From Geosiphon pyriformis uo1 (taxonomy: Eukaryota; Fungi; Glomeromycota), in NCBI GenBank assembly GCA_016748015.1, contig JAAOMT010000723.1, positions 62,001-126,000 on the forward strand: DNA of 64,000 nucleotides. The letters run 5' to 3'. Below, piece after piece: positions 54,462 through 64,000 of this stretch (position 1 is the stretch's first letter; each line of letters begins with the position of its first letter). The notes under the pieces are model-generated. The model had not been told where the DNA came from, made no database searches, and saw nothing but the letters and a program-made list of their open reading frames with translations. The position numbers and the translations under genes are program-made.

Positions 54462-56890
54462 TGTGCTTTTTTTAAAGAGTAAAGATTGGGATTTAATTAA
54501 AAGGTAAGGGAAGCAATAAAACTCCAGTTTAAAAAGGGTTTTTTATCACTCAAAGAAATCATGCTGATTCTAATCAATCATTTTTCTACACAATTGAACT
54601 TTGTCTGATCAATTGAGTTACAATATTTTATCAAGAGTGAATGTCAAGGTGACGATATAAATTCAATTTATCAAAAATTATGTAATAAAATGGTTAAAAA
54701 TAGTTAATTTAAAGAATTATATTTGTTCATAAAAAATCATGATGCTCAACTGATACATTTCATATCTTCAAAAACCAGTAGAATGCTAAAAGTAAATACG
54801 TTTTTGAGATTTTTAAGTTTGAACCATTTTATGAGAGAATATTTCAAAAATGACAATTTCTAAAGTCTTTTCTTTATCAAACCAAATTAATAAAATTCTA
54901 TTGAATAATGTTTCTTATTTATCAAAATAAATCTTTCAATTATTAATAATTGATTTCCGTTTCATATAGATAAAGGAAGCCGGTAGCACTGTTTTTTTTT
55001 CTCGATAAAAATAACAATTCTATTAATAAAACGCTACTCTTCAATATAGAAAAAAAGATTTTGGTAAATTTTCGTTTTTTTCTAACTTAGTTAAAAAATT
55101 AACCTTTTTAAAATTTTTATTTTATATGAGTTTTTTTTTAAAAAAAAAACCATTTCCTTCATCTATTTCATTATTTCTCTTTGAATCATTTCTTTTCTAA
55201 AAGGATTTTAACATTAAAAATAAATTAATAAAAATATTTTTTGAAAGTATTTATTATATTTTTTAAAGGCTTTTTTTAATTTTCATTTCACTCCATCTAT
55301 CTAAATACTAAATTGTATAAATATTTTTATCTCAAATAAAAAAAAATTCCCACAGAGACTTGATGAAAATATTGAATTATCATTTAAAGGTATTAATAAG
55401 TATGATATTTCAAATTATATTTTATACAAAATGTTGATTTCTATTTTTTATTGGAAATTTTAGATTTGATGATTATTTTGGTTGACCCAAGAATTAAAAT
55501 CTCTTTGGATAAATGTGCTCAATGATCCGGTTAAAATTAGTTGAATGAGCAAAAGTATATAATAATATTTTGAATGCCAACAAATATTTTATACTATATA
55601 TATTCGAACTTTTTTTTTTCAAGAATAAGGAATTCGAATGAAATTTATTATTATATTTGTTAAGGAGGAGAAATTGTTATTTTTCAAATTAAAAAGTTTT
55701 ACTTTATAGAAAAACTAAGTGTAAACTAAATCTGGTGTTTTATTTAACCTTCAAAATTATAATTTCTTAAAAATAATGAAACTATCAACTCTACTTTTAA
55801 CTCAACTGGGCCTCCCGTTGCCGCTTTTAAAAATGAATGTGAATGCTTTTTCCAAAAAATTTTCTTGTTCCCCATAAATTATATGACTCTTATCCTAAAA
55901 ATGATGAACTCTAAAATCTTTGAAAAAACAATAAAATAGATAATCCACCTTAATATCATCGATTCATTTTGATATTTGAAAAAATCAAAATCGACCTTTC
56001 CTAAATAATTTCAAAGAGAAGAAAAGTTTCTATATTGCAAGAATATCCCAAACATCTTATGGGAATAAACAGTATTTTTGTGTGAGTGAACAGACTCTTT
56101 GGGCTCAATGGAGATTCACAAGTGTTTCGTTTAGTGTAACATAAATCATAATTGATTTTTTCCCAAGTCTAATATCTCTTTACTAACATAATATTGTTAC
56201 TCAATTTATCAAATGTGATTTTATGTAATTATTATTATTATTATTATTATTATTATCTTTATCATCATACTAAAGATCAATTTAGGTCTGTAAGGTGAAA
56301 GATGAAAATCAATCATCAGGAAATATTGATTTATACCCCGCCATTCCCGGGTACATTTAAAAATTTTCAGTAAATTAAATTTTTTACACTTAAAATTATC
56401 AAGTCTTAATAGTCTTTAAGAAAGAGAATATCATTTTTAAGTATAGTTTCTTAAAATTTTTAATGATACCAATTGTTTTAACAAAAAAAAATACTATTAT
56501 GTAGGTAGTTCCATACTTTTAAGGAAAGCTGCTTTTAAAACATATACATCATTACTTAAATTTCCTTTCGACTTTTTCACTTTTATTTTTTCGTGTCTTT
56601 AATCCTTTTAATGATATTTTGATTCAAAAATTTAATGAAAATTACCTGATCATCATCGTCAGCTTACTCTATTATGTATAAAAGAAATGGCTACCAATTC
56701 TTTTGGTTCTTTAGTCGAACCTTTTCGATTCACTCACTTTCTTTAAGATTCTCCTTTAATTGCTAAAGTTACTTGACGACAATACCTTTCTTCTAAAACA
56801 CCAAAAAAAATTTTAACGAGTGACAAAAGCAATTTTATATTCCTCATATCCAAATTTACGAGAAATTTTAACGTTTATATCCCTTTTAAA

Positions 56891-57508
56891 ATGACAATCA
56901 AACCATCCTTATTCTTGATTACTTTTCTTTTGGTAGTTACACTCACCAAAGGTCAGCCGCTCGACCCGGGATCTTTGAATACCAACAATATATCCTCATT
57001 AAGCCTTACCGGGACACCCTTATCAAATCTTACTGGGACACCCTTATCAAATCTTACCGGGACGCCCGCATCGAATCTTACAGGGACACCCGCATTGAAT
57101 CTTACAGGGATACCCATATCAAATCTTACAAGTCTTCAGCCTGCTGATATTTCAGGTCGAGTCTTAACTACCAAGGAAAAAGACTTAGGTTTCACCATTA
57201 CCGGTCTTGCGAACGATACAGCTGTAATAACTGGTCAAGTTAATCAGCTCATTGGATTCATTAAACCAGGAAATCTCTTGGATATTTCAATCCAATTAGG
57301 CAATCTCTTAGCGGTTAACCTTTCAGCATTACCAGGTGGTCGACAATTAGTGGGTGCTCTCCAGCCTGGTGCCACAAATCCCCTTAATTTCACAGTCCCA
57401 GCCGCACAGCTGCTCAAATTTTTCGCGCCAGCTGATTTGCCATTAAGTCTTCTATTACGCAATCTGCAAAGTGGTGAGACAAGGAGTTTCCCGTTAACTT
57501 TGATTTAA
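56891..57508 (+). CDS. Secreted protein (205 aa) with 8-aa tandem repeats and a compact C-terminal domain; candidate effector or wall protein
   Basis: Signal peptide MTIKPSLFLITFLLVVTLTKG; five (N/S)LTG(T/I)Pxx repeats (24-nt unit, 57002-57130); GC-rich intact ORF with AAAATG start. Confidence 0.85.
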   Translation: MTIKPSLFLITFLLVVTLTKGQPLDPGSLNTNNISSLSLTGTPLSNLTGTPLSNLTGTPASNLTGTPALNLTGIPISNLTSLQPADISGRVLTTKEKDLGFTITGLANDTAVITGQVNQLIGFIKPGNLLDISIQLGNLLAVNLSALPGGRQLVGALQPGATNPLNFTVPAAQLLKFFAPADLPLSLLLRNLQSGETRSFPLTLI

Positions 57509-59553
57509 ATAACAGATGTACTATATAGGATGTAATTGTAATATTTTGCTCATTAAAAAATAAAATAAAGATTTCTTGTAAAAGTTGGACAAAAATTCAA
57601 AAAGTCTTGGTCAATGACAAAGAAAAGTTGGTTCATGAATTCTAAAGCTTTTCAAATTAACATTAACAAATTATTTTCCTTGATTTTGCATTGACTAGTA
57701 AAAAGAACCTAAAAACTTTAATTTGGGTTGAACAGAAAAATTGGTCATTGCCTTAACTTTAACATTTGTTTTATCGTTTATCACTTCCGCTTTGAGCGAA
57801 AAAAAAATTCTTTCCATCGGGACAAAATAGATTCAGCTGAATAGAATTAATGTGTCTTTTACGAAAGTGTAAAGTACGTTAAGCTAGAAATACTTTAAAC
57901 GCAAAAATTATATGCTTCTATATAGAAGAAATAATTCGACTATTTTTCAAGAGTTCAAGTCCAAAGTAATCAATCTTTTTCTTTTTTTTTACTTATTCCA
58001 GAATCATGCTTTTGAAAAACATTTCCTAATATCATGCAGTTGCTTAGATTACATTTGTCAATTTTGAAAACTATTGTAAAAAATAATTGGCATTTCTTTT
58101 ACAACAAAAAACTCGTGAGATTTTAAAAATTTGGCAAGAATCTTGGGTTTTAAATTTAAAAAATTTAGAACCTTTTTAAGATTTTAATTACAATTAAATT
58201 ATTTAAAGACTTTGTATCAAGGTTTATTCTAACTTTTCTATCTAGACTGAATCGAAAGTTTTGTTTATTTTAAATCTGAGAAATCTCTTGAGCTTCCGGT
58301 GTTAATATTATTTTTTGATCAAATATTTTTTAAGCAGAATTAATCCTTTTTGATTGTCAAATTTTTTATTCGTTTATAAGAAATATTTGAAAATCAAGTC
58401 AATTTGCTTGTAATCTTTTAAGATGTTGAATTATGTTCAAATAAAAATTTAATTGGACTTTTAAAAAAAGTTACAAATTTCATCTAATTTATTCATGAGG
58501 AGTCTTTTGAAAACAAAGATTGAATCGAAACCAAAAAAAATCTTCAATTTCTCATTCTTTCCACAAAAAGAAATTAAAAGGTTTTACGTTTTTTCAAAAA
58601 AAAAAATAAATAAATTGTTGTCAATTCAATTTTTAGCTCTTTCTTAATTAGGGTTTAGAAAATTTTCAAATTTTGGAAGAATTTTACTTTTGATTATGAA
58701 AAATAAATAAATAACCAACCTATGAGAAGATTTTTAAATAAAGCTTTATAAAAAAAAAAGAGTTCAAAATTACTTTTCAATTTTTATAAAATTCTCTTCC
58801 AAAAAAAAATAAGCATTTTTTCAACGTGATCATCTTAAGGAACTTAATTAAAGTAATAATTTGTGCTGCAGGAGATATCCAGCTAAAAGAACTGCGTATC
58901 TTTCGAATAACTTAAAAAGTTCATGTATTTAAATATTATTTCACCCTCAACAGTTAAATTATTGTTTAATTTTCAATTAATTTTAAAATCTTAAAAAACT
59001 ACTTTTTGAATTCTTAATTTTTAATGATGATGCAAAAATTTTTAGGTCAAAAATAATTTCTTTTACCAAAAATTTTATTTTTTTTTAAAGTTCTTTATCT
59101 CAAAATTTCATATTGGCTCAGGAAATCTTTCTTATTTAGTTTTACTAGTAGAAAATGGTTTATCACTCTATTTTTTTAACGTAAAAATAAGTTATTTGCT
59201 AAATAATTTTCATCATGTTCAAAGATTTAAATGATTCCTTGTATGTCTACATACTTCATGTTTAAAAACCGTTCATTCTCAGGTGAGAAGGGGGAATTAT
59301 AAAATTCTTTTAAGCTCAAATTAAAGCGGGAATAAACTCAATTTAAACTTTTACTTTTTCTTTAAATAAAAATAGAGATTTTATGAGCTGATATAGTGTT
59401 TATTTTTATCAAACTACTTGAAAAAATAAAATAAAACCCCGAGTTCGAATATAATCTTCCTTTTAATGAGGATGGACCTTCATGTGTTGACTTATACTCA
59501 AAATGCAAAAGTTTATTTTTGAAAATACCCCCCCCCCCCCCCCCCCCCCCCCC

Positions 59554-59827
59554 NNNNNNNNNNNNNNNNNNNNNNNNNNNNNNNNNNNNNNNNNNNNNNN
59601 NNNNNNNNNNNNNNNNNNNNNNNNNNNNNNNNNNNNNNNNNNNNNNNNNNNNNNNNNNNNNNNNNNNNNNNNNNNNNNNNNNNNNNNNNNNNNNNNNNNN
59701 NNNNNNNNNNNNNNNNNNNNNNNNNNNNNNNNNNNNNNNNNNNNNNNNNNNNNNNNNNNNNNNNNNNNNNNNNNNNNNNNNNNNNNNNNNNNNNNNNNNN
59801 NNNNNNNNNNNNNNNNNNNNNNNNNNN
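59554..59827. other. Assembly gap (N run) preceded by poly-C
   Basis: Run of n characters. Confidence 1.
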
Positions 59828-60931
59828 CCAACTGAAACAACCACCTCATCAACAACTACTGAAACGACTAGCTGTCCAACTGAAACCACAGCTTCACCAA
59901 CAACTACAGAAACGACTAGCTGTACACCAACTGAAACAACCACCTCATCAACAACTACTGAAACGACTAGCTGTACACCAACTGAAACAACCACCTCATC
60001 AACAACTACTGAAACGACTAGCTGTCCAACTGAAACCACAGCTTCACCAACAACTACAGAAACGACTAGCTGTACACCAACTGAAACAACCACCTCATCA
60101 ACAACTACTGAAACGACTAGCTGTACACCAACTGAAACAACCACCTCATCAACAACTACTGAAACGACTAGCTGTCCAACTGAAACCACAGCTTCACCAA
60201 CAACTACAGAAACGACCAGCTGTCCGACTGAAACGACTACTTCATCAACAACTACGGAAACGACTAGCTGTCCACCAACTGAAACAACCACCTCACCAAC
60301 AACTACTGAAACGACTAGCTGTCCAACTGAAACCACAGCTTCACCAACAACTACAGAAACGACCAGCTGTCCGACTGAAACGACTACTTCATCAACAACT
60401 ACGGAAACGACTAGCTGTACACCAACTGAAACAACCACCTCACCAACAACTACTGAAACGACTAGCTGTCCAACTGAAACCACAGCTTCACCAACAACTA
60501 CAGAAACGACCAGCTGTCCGACTGAAACGACTACTTCATCAACAACTACGGAAACGACTAGCTGTCCACCAACTGAAACAACCACCTCACCAACAACTAC
60601 TGAAACGACTAGCTGTCCAACTGAAACCACAGCTTCACCAACAACTACAGAAACGACCAGCTGTCCGACTGAAACGACTACTTCATCAACAACTACGGAA
60701 ACGACTAGCTGTCCACCAACAACTACAGAAACGACTAGCTGTCCACCAACTGAAACAACCACCTCACCAACAACTACTGAAACGACTAGCTGTCCACCAA
60801 CTGAAACCACAGCTTCACCAACAACTACTGAAACGGCTAGCTGCCCTCCAACTGAAACGACAACTTCACCAACAACTAAAAAAACGGCTGGCCTTGGATC
60901 GAAACCAACAACTTCGGGAGAAACAGCCTGA
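59828..60931 (+). CDS. Mucin/adhesin-like Thr-rich repeat protein (PTETT[T/A]S[S/P]TTTETTSC)n, 5' part lost in the gap
   Basis: About 22 units of 48/51 nt, frame-preserving, with synonymous variation and one Cys per unit; stop TGA 60929-60931 (alternative-frame end at 61001). Confidence 0.75.
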   Translation, partial: PTETTTSSTTTETTSCPTETTASPTTTETTSCTPTETTTSSTTTETTSCTPTETTTSSTTTETTSCPTETTASPTTTETTSCTPTETTTSSTTTETTSCTPTETTTSSTTTETTSCPTETTASPTTTETTSCPTETTTSSTTTETTSCPPTETTTSPTTTETTSCPTETTASPTTTETTSCPTETTTSSTTTETTSCTPTETTTSPTTTETTSCPTETTASPTTTETTSCPTETTTSSTTTETTSCPPTETTTSPTTTETTSCPTETTASPTTTETTSCPTETTTSSTTTETTSCPPTTTETTSCPPTETTTSPTTTETTSCPPTETTASPTTTETASCPPTETTTSPTTKKTAGLGSKPTTSGETA

Positions 60932-62269
60932 TAAATCGACTAGTTGCTCATTTACCACTGAACCAACAACCAAAAGCGCTGAGTCTACCGAATGTTGCTA
61001 AGTTTAGCTATCAAGTATCTGGACTTTTATATAGAAAAAATAGAAATGAAATTTTAGATTTCATATTTTATTGTCAAATTTAGAATAAAAATCTTTGGGA
61101 TTGCCTAAAAAAAGATATTACATGTGCTGCATGTTTTCCTTTGTCTAGATCAAAGAAATTATTTCGAGAGATCCCCTTTCCTAGTTTTTAACAATCCATA
61201 ACTTCTCAAGCATAGGATTTCACTTTTTTTGCGGCATTCCTTGTGATTAAAAAAAACGTATTATTTGATTTGGTAGTTTGAACATTTTATAATTTCTTGA
61301 CTTCAAAATCTTTTTATAAACTTGAAATCTGAGATGGTATTAAAGTGATTAAAAAATAGATATAAATCATATTTTCCGTCGGTCAATTTTCTTGTATTGT
61401 TGAAAAACAGTGTAAAGCAGATTCACGATTTCGATAGAGCTAGAGCCTTAAAATAAAATGAATTGTTCCATTTTGATTTTTAAAAAATGTAGCGAAATAT
61501 AGTAATCTTGGTTAATCAACAATTCATTTTATAATTAGAAAGGTTCAAGGTCGCGAATAAAAGAAATGGTCAAAACATGCATAAACTTTTAGAATATACA
61601 TACATAATAAAATAAATCAGCAAATAAAACTACTAATCACTCACGCTATCGAAATTTTGCGAAATTTCCAAATAACTCAATTATATCAATTCAATTCCCC
61701 TAATATATTCGTGTTTTTTCAAAGGATATCTCGTATTCAAATTAATTTTGACATCAATTCTACAAAACTTTATTTATGGGAAATTTTGAAATTTATTAAC
61801 ACAATTTAGAATATTGCTGACGACATCTTATAATTATTATTATTGCGGTTTTGATTTCACGTATTTGATTTGACCCATTATTTTGAGATTTTATAAAATT
61901 CTGATGATTTTATTATTGTTTTTATGTTAATATATAAAATTGTAAAATAATGATAATGTAAATGATGATAATTATTTAATATTGACACATCGATATCTAA
62001 TGCTAAAAACAATTTAACTGATGGGTCCAAAGAAATAATTACAAAGAACTAACTCGTCATTCGAATTCTAATCTGTTTTAAACTATTTTATAATTAAATA
62101 TCAATAAAAACAATTAATTTTTTGAATAAATTTAAATTGCTTACTGATTTGATCAATTTGAATAACTAACTGATGTTAACCACATCTGAAAAAGAGCATT
62201 TAAATCAATAAAGTTTTTTAAATATTCAATAACAATAATAAAAGGCTTACCCTCAGAACATATAAGCTT

Positions 62270-64000
62270 TGAAATTAATCCACTTTTATATCTTGAAATA
62301 TCATAGTTAGAGTTATGTGTCTCTTCGCAATTAAATCTTTTTTCACAAACGCGTCCATCTAAGTTACAGTTGTCACGAGCAGCAATAACTTTTTGTTGGC
62401 AATTCGGATTATCTCCCCTATTTTTTTCTATCATTTCCTGAATACATTGATATGTATGCTTTTGAATTATAGGGCATTTTCCACCAATCACCTCAAATCG
62501 CACACCACTACGCTTCTTAATATCTTTCCAAGGTCTTTCTCCTGAAATAATTTCCCAGATAATTATGGCAAAATTGTAAACATCGTTATATTTGGTATGA
62601 GATGTCAAGTTACAAACTTCGGGCGCTAGGTATGGAATAACACCAAACCTTTCGCCAGATTGTGGAGAGTAATTGGCAGAACGACAGAAGACAAGATCGA
62701 AAAATGACAACCTTTAAGGAGTTTGATTTCAAAACAAAAATATTTCCAGGATGCAAGTCCCCATGAACCAGCTTTGATTCATTTATAAATCTTAGGCCAC
62801 TGGCGATTTGAAAAAGAATAATAAGAAACATTTCCCAAGTTAGAGTGTTTTCGTTCTTCTTGAGAAAAGCTTTGAGGTCCCCGTGTTCCGCAAATGGTAA
62901 AATCATAACGAACTCATCGGTTGTAACGTCTATTTTTCATTCATAGCATTCAAGAATATATCTGCAAGGGGCGCTTCTAAGATGCGCAATAAACTATTCA
63001 AAATTTGGTTTTTAGCGTTAGAAAAGAAATAGGGATAATAAAAATATTTAATAACTTCCTTCAAAGGAAATACCTCATATGTGTGAATCTTTTCTATCTT
63101 TTTGCTTTTTTGAGATGTTTCAAAGCAACTTTCATAACTCCATTTCGCTCATAATTTTGATTTTCCTTATTCCAAAATAGAATTCTTCCTCTTTCCCATA
63201 TACCTTCTTTAACAACAGTAAATCCTCCCTCTCCCACCATCTTATCTAAAAATATGATCTCATTTGGAGAAAACCATTCCAGGTATCCCCTGCAGCTTTC
63301 AGAAATTTGCTGTGTGTATCCTATATACTGATCAATATTGTCATTTCCACTAGTCCATCTTTGCCAATTCTTTAAAGATCGTGATGATTCACAAAATTTG
63401 GATCCTTTATTGTGAGATGGTATTCTGAACGTTGCGGCAAGCCGGGCTTAAATATGTTATTATCGGTATCACAAAATGGACATATAAGGACCCTATTAAT
63501 AAATGTATCCAAATTTTCACATTTAAGACATTTGAATTCATCTGAAAGCTGGTCAAAAAACGCTTCAAAATTTAAAAATTCTCTATTTTAATTATTCGGT
63601 CATTTTAAACCTCAATTTTGAAATTCCAAAATGAAACGTTCCAGGTCATCTTAATCCTCATCCTCAAAAGTGAGTCCACAAGCTTTTTAATCAGAAAGAT
63701 TAATTTGATAACTGAGGCTATTTGTCTCTGCTGCTTTTAAATGGAGCTCAAATGCTTTTTCCAAGTTTTTCTTTGTTCCCCATCCATTTTGATAGCACCA
63801 TCCAAGATTATATAGTGCATTTATACTTCCTTGTTCTACCACTTTTGAATAAAGTTCAAATGCTTTTTCCAAATTTTTCGCAGCTCCCCATTCATTTCGA
63901 TGACACGTTTCAAGATTGTTTTGTGGACTTGAATTTTCCACTTCGAGATTTTTTGTTGTTCCCGATCCACTATGAAAATGAAGTCTAAGTTTATGTTGTG
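62270..64000 (-). pseudogene. Sel1-repeat + TKL-type protein kinase gene, frameshifted; 5' end beyond window
   Basis: Sel1 repeats (YNLGWCYQNGWGTKKNLEKAFEL), then WTSGNDNID...LEW (~63357), GEGGF, VALK, GDL, VHGDLHPGNI, a frameshift at the D-L-G motif (~62700), GVIPYLAPEV, DVYNFAIIIWEI. Additional stops and indels are present. Confidence 0.85.

Noticed and set aside
59362-60810. Val-rich 482-aa minus-strand ORF
   Set aside because: Antisense shadow of the Thr-rich repeat, and it runs through the N gap.
59828-60880. Possible CRISPR-like array
   Set aside because: Contiguous coding tandem repeats with no unique spacers, in a eukaryotic context.

Overview
Very AT-rich eukaryotic (fungal) DNA with short GT-AG introns, intron-containing tRNA and many microsatellites. 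The Sel1/TKL-kinase gene, Crinkler-type NTPase-nuclease and retroelement relics point to a Glomeromycotina (arbuscular-mycorrhizal lineage) genome; the repeats resemble ones I recall from Geosiphon pyriformis (unverified). Gene-bearing islands alternate with extremely AT-rich blocks of decayed transposons. Apparently intact genes: an acidic/Ser-rich protein with a C-terminal HTH-like domain (10252-11342), two secreted Ser/Thr-rich GPI-type proteins, a Ser-rich hypothetical protein, two paralogous microproteins (35054, 38160), a winged-helix + APSES-like transcription factor (48299-49761), a YML020W-like alpha/beta hydrolase (52811-54461), a secreted repeat protein (56891) and a Thr/Cys mucin broken by an assembly gap. 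There is a tRNA cluster (Asn+, Tyr+, Asn-). Pseudogenes and relics: Crinkler-like NTPase-REase, Tc1/mariner transposase, CCHC-knuckle retroelement ORF1, Sel1-kinase, and an intronless fossil carrying an endonuclease IV (AP endonuclease 2) domain with possible retropepsin-like segments, which is the most unusual item. All calls come from manual reading and translation; no searches were run.
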